The notes: a model not told the origin generated them from the letters alone. A DNA stretch of 64,000 nucleotides from an uncultured Jannaschia sp. (GCF_947494025.1 NZ_CANLTQ010000003.1:128069-192068), one strand, 5' to 3'; counted from the stretch's first letter, positions 41,914-54,288 are shown. A program made the numbers and translations.

Positions 41914-42606
41914 CTAGCGGAACTTCCGGGCGAGCTTCTGGAGGGGGGAGAGGGTTTCCTCGGGCGCCGGCTCCGGGTCGGACGGGGCAGGGCGCTCGGT
42001 CGGGACCGAAGCCGCCGCCTTGCCGCCCGATGGACGCTGCGGTGTGGTGCGGAGCGCGACGGCGTTCGAGAAACCCGGTCCGTCGCCTGCCGCGAGCTTC
42101 GGCGCGCCGTCGACGATTCCGTGCAGCATGTCGTCGAGCATATCGCCCTCCGCCTTCGCGAAATCCGACAGGACGTAGCCCGAGACCCGGTCCTTGTGCC
42201 CCGGATGCCCGATCCCGATGCGAACGCGCGCGTAATCCGCGCCGATATGCTGATGGATCGAGCGCAGGCCGTTATGACCGGCATGCCCGCCCCCCTGCTT
42301 CAGGCGCAGCTTGCCGGGCGCGAGGTCGAGCTCGTCGTGGAACACCGTCACGTCGGCGGGTTCGAGTTTGTGGAAGCGCATCGCCTCGCCCACGGACTGC
42401 CCGGACAGGTTCATGAAGGTCCCGGGCTTCAGGAGCCAGACCTTTTTCGACCCGAACCGTACCTCGGCGATCTCGCCCTGGAACTTGGACCGCCAGACGA
42501 CGCCCTGATCCTCGGCGATGCGGTCGAGCGCCATGAAGCCCACATTGTGCCGGTTGTTCGCGTATTTCGCGCCCGGATTGCCGAGGCCCGCCCAGATCGC
42601 CGTCAC
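41914..42606 (-). CDS. pth: Peptidyl-tRNA hydrolase
   Basis: GLGNPG..YANNRHNVGF, KPGTFMNLSG, HDELD, GGHAGHNGLRSI, RIGIGHP. GTG start after an AGGAGG ribosome-binding site. Confidence 0.96.
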   Translation of the reverse strand: MTAIWAGLGNPGAKYANNRHNVGFMALDRIAEDQGVVWRSKFQGEIAEVRFGSKKVWLLKPGTFMNLSGQSVGEAMRFHKLEPADVTVFHDELDLAPGKLRLKQGGGHAGHNGLRSIHQHIGADYARVRIGIGHPGHKDRVSGYVLSDFAKAEGDMLDDMLHGIVDGAPKLAAGDGPGFSNAVALRTTPQRPSGGKAAASVPTERPAPSDPEPAPEETLSPLQKLARKFR

Positions 42607-42677
42607 CGCTTTCCTCCTGCCTTCGCCCGTCTCCTGCGACGCATGGTCCCGGCAACCGGATCCCGCGGTCGCAGAAA

Positions 42678-42702
42678 GGAACACCGGCGCTAGGATGGCG
42701 TT
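42678..42702 (+). promoter_or_regulatory. Sigma-EcfG (general stress response) promoter of dps
   Basis: GGAAC-N16-CGTT exact consensus, 36 nt upstream of ATG 42739. Confidence 0.72.
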
Positions 42703-42738
42703 CCACCTGCGACCGTGACAACTCCGAAAGCACAGCTT

Positions 42739-43278
42739 ATGCGCATCACGACCCCCATCGTCTGCCTTTGTCTCGCGATGCCGCTCCCGGCCCTCGCGCA
42801 GGACGGCTCGGATACGACGGACAACGTCCCCCTTGCCGAGGAGATCCGCGAGACGTCCACCACGGCGCTGCAGGACACGCTCTACGACCTGATCGCGATG
42901 AAGCACGCTGCCCATCAGGAGCACTGGAACGTCGTCGGCATCGAATACTACCAGATGCACGAGTTCTTCGGGGAGCTCTACACCGATCTCGGACCCTTCA
43001 TCGACATGGTGGCCGAGCGGAAACGCGCGCTCGACGTGATCGCCGACGGCCGGCCCTCCGCCGTGAGCGAGAACGCATCCATCGCCGAGCCGGAGCCGGC
43101 GGAGACGCAGGGCGCCGACGCCGTCGACGTCCTGATGGAGAACTGGAGCACCGTCTCCTACCTGATGTACGAGCGCATCGAGGCGACCGGGGACGATCTC
43201 GTGACGCAGGATCTTCTGATTGCCGTCACCGCCCTTATCGACAAGCAGCTCTGGCAGCTTCGCGCCCACACGAAATGA
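42739..43278 (+). CDS. dps: Dps family mini-ferritin with predicted N-terminal signal peptide
   Basis: HWNVVG..MHEFFGELY..IDMVAER ferroxidase signature, DLVTQDLL..IDKQLWQLRAH; N-terminus MRITTPIVCLCLAMPLPALA-QD. GTG 42715 is an alternative start. Confidence 0.88.
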   Translation: MRITTPIVCLCLAMPLPALAQDGSDTTDNVPLAEEIRETSTTALQDTLYDLIAMKHAAHQEHWNVVGIEYYQMHEFFGELYTDLGPFIDMVAERKRALDVIADGRPSAVSENASIAEPEPAETQGADAVDVLMENWSTVSYLMYERIEATGDDLVTQDLLIAVTALIDKQLWQLRAHTK

Positions 43279-43286
43279 AGCGACGC

Positions 43287-43313
43287 GGCGGGGGCCTGTC
43301 CAGGCCGCCCGCC
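43287..43313. terminator. Hairpin between convergent dps and NUDIX genes
   Basis: GGCGGG-GGCCTG-TC-CAGGCC-G-CCCGCC. Confidence 0.5.
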
Positions 43314-43315
43314 GG

Positions 43316-43891
43316 TCAGCCCGCCCGGCGCAGCGTGAAGGCCAAAATCAGGGCCACGGTCTTGGCATCGCGGATCTCGCCGCGCGCGATCATCTCCACC
43401 GCCTCCGCCGCGGGGACGTGCAGCACTTCGATATCCTCGCCTTCCTCCGCCGCGCCGCCGCCCGTGCCGGCCCGCTCCGTGCGCGTGTAGCGGCCGAGAT
43501 AGCAGGCGAGGGATTCGGTGACCGAGCCGGGCGACATCGCGAGGTCGGCGACGTGGTGGAGCGCGACGGCCTCGTAGCCCGTTTCCTCCATCAGCTCCGC
43601 GCGCATCCGCTCGACCGGCTCCGCCCCTTCGAGAAGCCCCGCCGGCACCTCGATCAGGAACGGGTCGAGCCCCGCGACCTGCATCGGCAAGCGGAACTGT
43701 CGCGTGAGCAGCAGGGTATCGCCGGCCGGGTCGTGCAGCAGGCAGGCCACCGCGTCGCCGCGGTCGTAGACCTCCCGCACCTGACGCTCGACCGTGCCGT
43801 CGCCACGGACGTAATCGAAGGTATGCCTCGTGAGCGTGCCCCACCCGTCCGACAGGACCTCCTGCGAGACGGGGCGGAAGCGTTCGCTCAC
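43316..43891 (-). CDS. NUDIX hydrolase, GDP-mannose/ADP-ribose pyrophosphatase (NudK-like)
   Basis: REVYDRG, LLTRQFRLP, Nudix box AGLLEG..RAELMEETG, EGEDIEV, IRDAKT. GTG start overlaps the pepF stop. Confidence 0.86.
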   Translation of the reverse strand: MSERFRPVSQEVLSDGWGTLTRHTFDYVRGDGTVERQVREVYDRGDAVACLLHDPAGDTLLLTRQFRLPMQVAGLDPFLIEVPAGLLEGAEPVERMRAELMEETGYEAVALHHVADLAMSPGSVTESLACYLGRYTRTERAGTGGGAAEEGEDIEVLHVPAAEAVEMIARGEIRDAKTVALILAFTLRRAG

Positions 43892-45699
43892 TCCATCGCC
43901 TCGAGCTGGTCGATGAAGCCCTCGATCATGCCGAGGCCCTTGTCCCAGAAGGCCGGGTCGGAGGCATCGAGGCCGAAGGGCGCCAGAAGCTCGCGGTGAT
44001 GCTTCGACCCGCCGGCGCGCAGCATCTCGAAATACTTGTCCTGGAAGCCCTCGGGCGCGTCCTCGTAGGCGGCATAAAGCGCGTTCACCAGCCCGTCGCC
44101 GAAGGCATAGGCGTAGACGTAGAAGGGCGAATGCACGAAATGCGGGATATAGGCCCAGAAGTGCTCGTAGCCCGGCATGAACTCGAAGACCGGTCCGAGG
44201 CTCTCGGCCTGCACGGACATCCACAGCGCGTCGATGTCCTCCGGCGTCATCTCGCCCTCGCGCCGGGCGTCGTGCAGCTTCACCTCGAAATCGTAGAAGG
44301 CGATCTGGCGGACGACTGTGTTGATCATGTCCTCGACCTTGCCGGCGAGCATGACCTTGCGCTGCGCGTCGTCCTTCGCGCCCTCGAGCATCGCGCGGAA
44401 GGTCAGCATCTCGCCGAAGACGCTCGCCGTTTCCGCAAGCGTCAGCGGGGTGGAGGAGAGCATCTCGCCCTGACCTGCGGCCAGCACCTGATGGACGCCG
44501 TGGCCGAGCTCATGGGCCAGCGTCATCACGTCGCGCGGTTTGCCGAGATAGTTCAGCATGACGTAGGGATGCACGCTGGTCACGGTCGGATGCGCGAAAG
44601 CGCCGGGCGCCTTGCCCGGCTTCACGCCCGCATCGATCCAGCCATGCTCGAAGAACGGCTCCGCGATCCGGGCCATCTCCGGCGAAAAGCCGGCATAGGC
44701 GTCCATCACCGTGCGGCGCGCCTCGTTCCAGCCGATGGTCCGCGTCTCCTCCATCGGCAGCGGCGCGTTGCGGTCCCAGACCTGCAGCTTGTCGAGGCCG
44801 AGCCATTTCGCCTTCAGCGCGTAGTAGCGGTGCGACAGGCGCGGATAGGCGGCCACGACGGCGTCGCGCAGGGCCTGCACGACCTCCGGCTCGACATGGT
44901 TGGCGATGTGGCGGCCGGCCTGCGGGGAGGGCAGGCCGCGCCAGCGGTCGCCGATCTCCTTCTCCTTGGCGAGCGTGTTGTGGATGCGCGCGAAGGTCCG
45001 GGTGTTGCGTCCGAACACATCGGCCAGTGCGCGCGCCCCGGCCTCCCGCTTCGTGCGATCGTGGTCGGTCAGAAGGTTCAGCGTCGCCTCGATGCCGAGC
45101 GCCTCACCGTCGACCTCGAAGGTCAGCCCGGCGATCGTCTCGTCGAAGAGCTTGTTCCAGGCGGCCGCGCCGACGGTGGAGGTGTCGTGGAGGAACCGCT
45201 CGAGTTCGTCGGAAAGCTGATAGGGCTTCATCGCGCGCAGGCGGTCGAGCGCGGGGCGGTAGCGCGCGAGCGACGCGTCCGCCTTCATCAGCGCCTCGTA
45301 GGCGTCGTCCCCGATCCGGTTGAACTCGAGCGTGAAGAACACGAGCGGCGTCGTCATCACCGTGATGCGGTCCTGCATGTCCGACATGAACTTGGCGCGC
45401 GCACCGTTCGTCGTCTCCTGGTAATAGCGCAGCCCGGCATAGGACATGATCCGGCCCGCCACCTCGTCGATCTTCTCGTTCCGCTCGATGGCGCGCAGCA
45501 TCCCTGCCGCATCCAGCTCCGCCAGCCGGCCCTCGTAATCCGCGGCGTAGGCGCGGCACTCCGTCTCGAGCCAGTCGAGGTCGGCCACGAGCTGCGGCGC
45601 GTCCTGCCCGGTATAGAGATCGTCGAGGTTCCAATCCGGCAGGTCGTCCAGCGGCTCGCCGGTGGCGGATGTTGCGTTTACGTCGCGCAGAAGGGTCAT
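43888..45699 (-). CDS. pepF: M3 family oligoendopeptidase (PepF-like)
   Basis: LPDWNLDDLY, GAFAHP, zinc motif TLAHELGHGVHQ, AETASVFGE, PHFVHSPFYVYAYAFG. Confidence 0.92.
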   Translation of the reverse strand: MTLLRDVNATSATGEPLDDLPDWNLDDLYTGQDAPQLVADLDWLETECRAYAADYEGRLAELDAAGMLRAIERNEKIDEVAGRIMSYAGLRYYQETTNGARAKFMSDMQDRITVMTTPLVFFTLEFNRIGDDAYEALMKADASLARYRPALDRLRAMKPYQLSDELERFLHDTSTVGAAAWNKLFDETIAGLTFEVDGEALGIEATLNLLTDHDRTKREAGARALADVFGRNTRTFARIHNTLAKEKEIGDRWRGLPSPQAGRHIANHVEPEVVQALRDAVVAAYPRLSHRYYALKAKWLGLDKLQVWDRNAPLPMEETRTIGWNEARRTVMDAYAGFSPEMARIAEPFFEHGWIDAGVKPGKAPGAFAHPTVTSVHPYVMLNYLGKPRDVMTLAHELGHGVHQVLAAGQGEMLSSTPLTLAETASVFGEMLTFRAMLEGAKDDAQRKVMLAGKVEDMINTVVRQIAFYDFEVKLHDARREGEMTPEDIDALWMSVQAESLGPVFEFMPGYEHFWAYIPHFVHSPFYVYAYAFGDGLVNALYAAYEDAPEGFQDKYFEMLRAGGSKHHRELLAPFGLDASDPAFWDKGLGMIEGFIDQLEAME

Positions 45700-45728
45700 G
45701 TGTCGCCTCGTGGATCGGTTCCGATCCT

Positions 45729-45756
45729 ACCTAGGCGCGCGGGGAGGGGAGGGCAA
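45729..45756 (-). promoter_or_regulatory. Candidate sigma32-family promoter for pepF-nudK
   Basis: Minus strand reads TTG-N18-CCTAGGT, about 30 nt upstream of the ATG. Confidence 0.45.
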
Positions 45757-45773
45757 ACGGTGCCGGGAGGCGC

Positions 45774-46505
<732 letters not shown>

Positions 46506-46513
46506 GCTCCGAC

Positions 46514-46541
46514 AGATAGGCAAACCCGCCTCGGTGCCAAG
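46514..46541 (-). promoter_or_regulatory. Candidate sigma32 (RpoH) promoter for ygfZ
   Basis: Minus strand reads CTTG-N17-CCTATCT, matching the alphaproteobacterial RpoH consensus; it ends 9 nt before the ATG. Confidence 0.55.
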
Positions 46542-46625
46542 CCCCGGCATCGCTTGGGCTGCGGCCGATTGACCCCCGCAAGGGCCGGGCGTAGCCATGT
46601 CGCGACCCTAGGACCGGAGCCCTCG

Positions 46626-47825
46626 ATGTCCCTTGCGAACGGACCCAAGACCCTTGCCATTCCCGGACCCTCGATGGTGCCCGACCGCGTGCTTCGCGCG
46701 ATGCACAAGCCGTCGCCGAACATATATCACGGCCCGCTGATCGACCTGACGCATTCGCTCATTCCCGACCTGAAGGCGGTCGCGCGGACGGAGCACGACG
46801 CGACGATCTATATCGGCAACGGCCACGCCGCCTGGGAGGCGGTGCTGGCCAACACCCATTCGCGCGGCGACCTCGTTCTCGTGCCGCGCACGGGCAGCTT
46901 CGCCGACGGCTGGGCCGAGCTGGCGCGGGGGCTGGGCCTCAGGGTGGAGATGATTGACTTCGGCAACCGCGATCCGATCGACGCCGCCGCCATCGGCGAG
47001 CGCCTGCGCGAGGACAAGAGCCACGAGATCCGCTCCGTCCTCGCGGTGCATGTCGACACCTCCTCCTCCATCCGCTCCGACATCGCCGCGCTCCGGCGTG
47101 AGATCGACGCGGCGGGCCATCCCGCGCTCCTGCAGGTGGATTGCATGGCGTCGATGGCCTGCGACCGGTTCGAGATGGACGAATGGGGCGCCGACACCGC
47201 GATCGCCGGTTGCCAGAAGGGGCTGATGACGCCGACGGGCGTGTGCTTCGTGTTCTACAACGACCGCGCGTCGCGCGCGCGGGAACGGGCCGATTGCGTG
47301 ACCGGCTACTGGGACTGGGTGCCGCGCACCCGGCCGGAGATCTACTTCCGCTATTTCGGAGGCACCGGGCCCACGCACCACCTCTACGGCCTGCGCGAGG
47401 CGCTCGACATGATCGTCCACGAAGAGGGGGTCGAGAACGTCTGGACCCGCCACGCACGCGTCGCCTCCGCCGTCCACGCGGCCTTCGATGCATGGGAGGC
47501 GGGCGAAAACACGGCGCTGGAGCTCAACGTCCGTGACCCCGCATCCCGCAGTCACGCCGTCACCGCCATCCGCCTGCCGGGACGGGCGACGGAGCTGCGC
47601 AACTGGGTGGAGGAGGAAATGGGCCTGACCCTCGGCATCGGCGTCGGCATGGCCGCGCCGGACACGCCGGAATGGCACGGCTTCTTCCGCATCGGGCATA
47701 TGGGGCACCTGTCGGGCCATTCGATCCTCGGCACGCTGGGCACGATCGACACCGCGCTGAAGGCGCTGGGCATCCCCCACGGGACCGGGGCACTCGACCG
47801 CGCGGCGCGGGCGCTGGCGGGGTAG
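46626..47825 (+). CDS. Class V PLP aminotransferase (alanine/serine-glyoxylate aminotransferase-like)
   Basis: IPGPSMVP, HVDTSS, VDCMAS, GCQKGLMTP, FRIGHMG. Confidence 0.88.
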   Translation: MSLANGPKTLAIPGPSMVPDRVLRAMHKPSPNIYHGPLIDLTHSLIPDLKAVARTEHDATIYIGNGHAAWEAVLANTHSRGDLVLVPRTGSFADGWAELARGLGLRVEMIDFGNRDPIDAAAIGERLREDKSHEIRSVLAVHVDTSSSIRSDIAALRREIDAAGHPALLQVDCMASMACDRFEMDEWGADTAIAGCQKGLMTPTGVCFVFYNDRASRARERADCVTGYWDWVPRTRPEIYFRYFGGTGPTHHLYGLREALDMIVHEEGVENVWTRHARVASAVHAAFDAWEAGENTALELNVRDPASRSHAVTAIRLPGRATELRNWVEEEMGLTLGIGVGMAAPDTPEWHGFFRIGHMGHLSGHSILGTLGTIDTALKALGIPHGTGALDRAARALAG

Positions 47826-47830
47826 GGCGG

Positions 47831-47880
47831 CATCCGACCATGGGTGTGGGGTAAGCCCTCGCCCATGGGCATGGTGGATG
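47831..47880. repeat. Long imperfect inverted repeat between convergent genes
   Basis: CATCC..ACCATG..CCATGGG / CCCATGG..CATGGT..GGATG nested arms. Confidence 0.55.
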
Positions 47881-47930
47881 GCTGACCGGCCTGCCGCCGG
47901 CTGGACGTCCCTGTGGGTGGTCCTTGCGCC

Positions 47931-49157
47931 TCAGGTCCGGCGAAGCCGCTCCAGCAGGTCGACGTCGACATAGCCGTCCGGCACCAGCCCCTCGCTCGCC
48001 TGCCATCGCTGGATCGCGTCGAGCGTGTCGGGTCCGATCCGCGCGTCGATCTTGAGCGGGTCGAACCCCGCCGCGCGCAGACGTTCCTGCAGCTCGATCC
48101 GCTCCGCGCGGCTCAAAGCCCGGTCGCCGCGCGGCCAGCCGCCGCGGAGCGGGGGGCCGCCCGCCAGCCGGTCGGCCAGGTGGCCCACCCCGATCACGTA
48201 GGCGTCGGCGGTGTTGTAGCTCTCCAGCACCGCGAAGTTCGCGTAGGTGACGAAGGCCGCGCCCTCGTGGCCCGCGGGCACGCGGATCGAGGCCGGCCCG
48301 CCTTCGGGCACCGGGCCGCCATCCGTCGTGCGGACGCCGAGCGCGGTCCATTCGGCGGGCGACTTCTCCACCCGCTCGCCGGTCAGACGGTAGTCGAAGC
48401 CATCCGGCAGCACGACCTCCGCGCCCCAGGGCTGGCCAGACGTCCAGCCGTTCGCGGCGAGATAGGCGGCGGTCGATGCCAGCGCATCGGTCGGGTCGTC
48501 GCCCCAGATGTCGCGCCGTCCGTCGCCGGCGGCGTCCACCGCATGGTCGCGCCATGAGGTCGGCATGAACTGCGTGTGCCCCATCGCCCCGGCCCAGGAG
48601 CCGCGCAGGTCGCCCGCCGCCGCCTCGCCGGTCTCGAGGATGGCGAGCGCGGCGAGGAGCTCCGCCTCGAAGAAGTCCGGCCGCCGGCTGTCGGCGGCGA
48701 GCGTGGCCAGCGCCGAGAGCGTGTCGACATCGCCGCGATAGGCGCCGTAGCTGCTCTCCAGCCCCCAGATCGCCACGACGATCTCCGCCGGCACGCCGTG
48801 CCGCGCCTCGATCGCCGCGAGCGCGTCGGCGTGCCGTGCCATCGCGCGCCGACCGTTCGCGACGCGCGGCTCGCTTACCGCAGTGTCGAGATAGTCCCAG
48901 ATCGTCCTGGTGAACTCCGACTGGTTGCGGTCGCGGCGGATCACGTCCGGCAGGGGCGCCACGTCCCGCATCGCCGCGTCGAAGGTGGCACCGGCGATCC
49001 CCTGCGCCAAGGCACGCGCGCGGAAGCCCGCGAGCCAGGCGGCGAACGGCACTTCGCGCACGAGAATCGGGCGGGGCAGCGGCCGCGGCTCCTGCGCCCC
49101 GCACGCACCGGGCAGCGTCAGGCCGAGCAGGAGAGCGATGCCGCGCGCCGCGCTCAT
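47931..49157 (-). CDS. Lytic murein transglycosylase (MltB-like) with C-terminal peptidoglycan-binding domain
   Basis: AIWGLESSYG, GSWAGAMGHTQFMPTS, DGRRDIW, NF.VL..YN.ADAY, C-terminal LQERL..GF..IDARIG. Confidence 0.9.
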   Translation of the reverse strand: MSAARGIALLLGLTLPGACGAQEPRPLPRPILVREVPFAAWLAGFRARALAQGIAGATFDAAMRDVAPLPDVIRRDRNQSEFTRTIWDYLDTAVSEPRVANGRRAMARHADALAAIEARHGVPAEIVVAIWGLESSYGAYRGDVDTLSALATLAADSRRPDFFEAELLAALAILETGEAAAGDLRGSWAGAMGHTQFMPTSWRDHAVDAAGDGRRDIWGDDPTDALASTAAYLAANGWTSGQPWGAEVVLPDGFDYRLTGERVEKSPAEWTALGVRTTDGGPVPEGGPASIRVPAGHEGAAFVTYANFAVLESYNTADAYVIGVGHLADRLAGGPPLRGGWPRGDRALSRAERIELQERLRAAGFDPLKIDARIGPDTLDAIQRWQASEGLVPDGYVDVDLLERLRRT

Positions 49158-51394
49158 CCCCGGCCGCGCCGCTTCGACGGGGCCTTGCGGAGCTTGCGCT
49201 TCTTCGGCCGCCCCGTCTTGCCCGACCGGCCGCGTCCCGTCGCGCGGCGGGCCTCGCCCTCGACCGACAGAAGCTCCAGCACCAGCCCGCCCGTCACCGG
49301 CACCGCCTCGGCCAGCCGCACGGTGACGCGCTGACCCAGTCCGATCTCCGTGCCGCTCTCGGTTCCGGTCAGGACCTGCGCGTCGCGGTCGTAACGGAAG
49401 TATTCGCCCCCGAGGGAGCGTACCGGGACCAGCCCGTCCGCCCCGGTCTCGTCGAGTTTCACGAACACGCCGAAGGCCTGCACGCCCGAGATGCGGCCGG
49501 CGAACTCGGCGCCCACCTTGTCGGCGAGAAAGGCCGCGAGATAGCGGTCGTTCGTGTCCCGCTCCGCGATCATCGAGCGGCGCTCGGCCTCGGAGATCGC
49601 CTTCGCCGTCGCCTCCAGATGCTCGACATCGAACTCCGAGAGCCCGTCGTCGCCCCAGCCATGCGCGGTGATGAGCGCGCGATGCACGACGAGATCGGCG
49701 TAGCGGCGGATGGGCGAGGTGAAGTGCCCGTAGGCGCGGAGCGCGAGGCCGAAATGCCCCAGATTGGCCGGCGCGTAATAGGCCTGCGTCATCGCCCGGA
49801 GCGTGGACATCGAGATGAGCTCGGACAGGTCCGTGCCCGACGCGTCGTGGAGCAGCCGGTTCAGCATGGCGGTGCGCAGGACCTGCCCCTTCGGCAGGGA
49901 GAAGCCGCTCGCCTTCGCCGTTTCGCGCAGCGCCTCGATCTTGTCGGCGTCGGGTTCCTCGTGGACGCGGTAGAGGAGGGGGATGCGCTGGCGCTCCAGC
50001 TCCTCGGCCGCGGCGACGTTGGCCGCGATCATAAACTCCTCGATCAGCCGGTGCGCATCGAGGCGTTCGCGGAACGCGACCGAGGTGACCTCGCCCGCCT
50101 CCGACAGCTCGATCCGGCGCTCCGGCAGGTCGAGGTCCAGCGGCTCCCGCCGGGCGCGGGCGGCGCGGAGCGCGTCGTAGGCGGCATAGAGCGGGCGCAG
50201 GACCGGCTCCAGCAGCGGTGCCGTCCGCTCGCTCGGGGCGTCGTCGATGGCGGCCTGCACCTCTCCGTAATGGAGGCTCGCGGGGGAGCGCATCAGGCCG
50301 CGGAAGAATTCCTGACCGCGCTTCGCGCCCTGCGCGTCGATCACCATCCGCACCGCGATGCAGGCCCGCTCCACCCCCTCGTGCAGCGAACAGAGGTCGC
50401 CCGACAGCGCGTCGGGCAGCATCGGCACGACCCGGTCGGGGAAATAGGTCGAGTTTCCCCGCTCCCGCGCCTCCCGGTCGAGCGCGCTGCCCGGCGTGAC
50501 GTAGGCGGCGACGTCGGCGATGGCGACCCAGAGGACGTGGCCGCCCGGGTTCTTCGGATCGTCGTCGGGATGGGCGTAGACGGCGTCGTCGTGGTCGCGC
50601 GCGTCCGACGGGTCGATGGTGAGGAGCGGCAGGTCGCGCAGGTCGGTCCGGCCGCCGAGTGTCGGGGCCTCCGCCCGTTCGGCCTCCAGGATCGCCGCGT
50701 CGGGGAACTCATCGCGCAGCCCGTGCTGGTGGATCGCGATCAGGCTCACCGCCTTCGCCGCGCCGGGGTCGCCGAGCCGGGCGACGACGCGGGCGCGGGG
50801 CAGGCCCATGCGTCCCTTCGGCCCGGTCTGCTCCGCCTCGACCAGCTCGCCGTCGCGCGCGCCGCCCGCGTCGTGCGGGTCGATTGTCCATTCGCGGTCG
50901 GCACCCTTGTCGATGGGGACGATCCGGCCGCCCTCGGCGCCGGTCCGGTAGACGCCCAGCACCCGGCGCGGCCCGGTGGAGAGGCGCCGGATCAGACGGC
51001 CCTCGTGGCTGTGGTCCTCCTCCGCGACCTCGGTCAGGCGGGCGAGCACGCGGTCGCCCGGCGCCAGCGCCGGGTCGTCCTTGCCGGACACGTAGAGGAT
51101 TCGCGGCTCCGGCGCGTCGCCCTGCCAGTCATGCGGCGCGAGGAACAGGTCGCCGTCGCGGTCCGCCTCGCCCACCTTCAGGACCGAAACGGGGGGCAGG
51201 CGGTTCGGATCGTCGTAGGACCGCTTTCGCTTCGCGAGGTGCCCCTCGCCCTCCAGTTCCTTCAGGAGACGCTTCAGGTCGATCCGCGCGGCGCCCTTGA
51301 CCCCGAAGGCCTTGGCGATGTCGCGTTTCGAGGTGAGGGCGGGGTTGTCGGAGATCCATTGCAGGATGTCCGTCTTGGTGGGGAGCTGGCTCAT
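49154..51394 (-). CDS. rnr: Ribonuclease R
   Basis: RNB catalytic motif TIDPSDARDHDDA, VAIADV, RGNSTYFP, LIEEFMIAAN, HFGL..Y.HFTSPIRRYAD, C-terminal S1 domain and basic tail. Confidence 0.95.
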   Translation of the reverse strand: MSQLPTKTDILQWISDNPALTSKRDIAKAFGVKGAARIDLKRLLKELEGEGHLAKRKRSYDDPNRLPPVSVLKVGEADRDGDLFLAPHDWQGDAPEPRILYVSGKDDPALAPGDRVLARLTEVAEEDHSHEGRLIRRLSTGPRRVLGVYRTGAEGGRIVPIDKGADREWTIDPHDAGGARDGELVEAEQTGPKGRMGLPRARVVARLGDPGAAKAVSLIAIHQHGLRDEFPDAAILEAERAEAPTLGGRTDLRDLPLLTIDPSDARDHDDAVYAHPDDDPKNPGGHVLWVAIADVAAYVTPGSALDREARERGNSTYFPDRVVPMLPDALSGDLCSLHEGVERACIAVRMVIDAQGAKRGQEFFRGLMRSPASLHYGEVQAAIDDAPSERTAPLLEPVLRPLYAAYDALRAARARREPLDLDLPERRIELSEAGEVTSVAFRERLDAHRLIEEFMIAANVAAAEELERQRIPLLYRVHEEPDADKIEALRETAKASGFSLPKGQVLRTAMLNRLLHDASGTDLSELISMSTLRAMTQAYYAPANLGHFGLALRAYGHFTSPIRRYADLVVHRALITAHGWGDDGLSEFDVEHLEATAKAISEAERRSMIAERDTNDRYLAAFLADKVGAEFAGRISGVQAFGVFVKLDETGADGLVPVRSLGGEYFRYDRDAQVLTGTESGTEIGLGQRVTVRLAEAVPVTGGLVLELLSVEGEARRATGRGRSGKTGRPKKRKLRKAPSKRRGRG

Positions 51395-51433
51395 GGAAAG
51401 GGGAGCTAGCACTGGCCGGGCACTTTCACAATT

Positions 51434-52482
51434 TCACGCCTGTCCCCGGCGGATCACCGGGGCAAGGCGGGGCCGCGGTGCCTCGCCCGCGGGCTCCGGC
51501 GCGGGGTCGAAATCGAACGCGTCCAGCCGTTCGGCCCGCTTGCCGGCGCGTTCCGCCGCGGTGGCGATCCCCTCGACGTCGCGGCGGGCCTGGTCGAAAT
51601 GCGTTTCGAGCTTGGCCGCCCGCTCCACGATCAGTTCCACGTCGCGGCCGAGCGCGGCGAGCGCGCGCCGCATCTCGCCCGCCTGCGCGCGCATCCGGTG
51701 GTCCTTCAGGACGGCGCGCAGCGTGTTCAGCACCGCCATGCAGGTCGTGGGCGAGACGATCCAGACGCGCGCGGCGAATCCCTCGCGCACCATCTCGGGG
51801 AAGTTCGCGTGCAGCTCGGCGTAGATCGCCTCCGACGGCAGGAACAGGCAGGCGCCGTCCGCCGTCTCGCCCGGAAGGACGTAACGCTCGGCGATGGCGC
51901 GGATATGGGTGCGCATCGCGGCGCGGAACGCCGTCCGGGCCGCGGTGGATTTCGGGTCGCCCACCAGCGCCTCGTAGCTTTCGAGCGGAAACTTCGCGTC
52001 GATGACGAGCGGGCCGGGCGGGTCGGGCATGTGGATCAGGCAATCGGCCCGGCGGCCGTTCGACAGCGTCGCCTGCCAGCTGAAGGCGTCGGGCGGCAGG
52101 GCCTTGGCGACGATGTCGTGAAGCTGGATCTCCCCGAAGGCGCCGCGCGCCTGCTTGTTGGAAAGGATGTCCTGCAGGCCCAGCACGTCGCCCGACAACG
52201 TCTCCATCCGCGCCTGCGCCCGGTCGATGGTCGCGAGCCGCTGCTGCAACTCTCCGAGCGCACGGGCCGTGCGGGTCGCGCTGTCGCCGAGCGCGGTGCC
52301 GACCTGCGTCTCCGACCGCCGCTGTGCCTCGGTGAGCGCGGCGAGCCCGCCGGTCAGCCGCGCCTGCGCGTGGCTCATGTCGCGCAGGCGTCCGGCAAGA
52401 ATGAGGACGAGAAGCACGAGGATCAGCAGCGCCGCGCCCCCTCCGAGCGCGGCCAGCGTAAGCGGGTCGGCAAGGTCGAGCG

Positions 52483-52486
<4 letters not shown>
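51434..52486 (-). CDS. rmuC: DNA recombination protein RmuC
   Basis: N-terminal transmembrane segment and coiled coil, NKQARGAFGEIQL, RADCLI, IDAKFPL, FLPSEAIY, SPTT. ATGA overlap with mutL. Confidence 0.9.
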
Positions 52487-54288
<1,802 letters not shown>

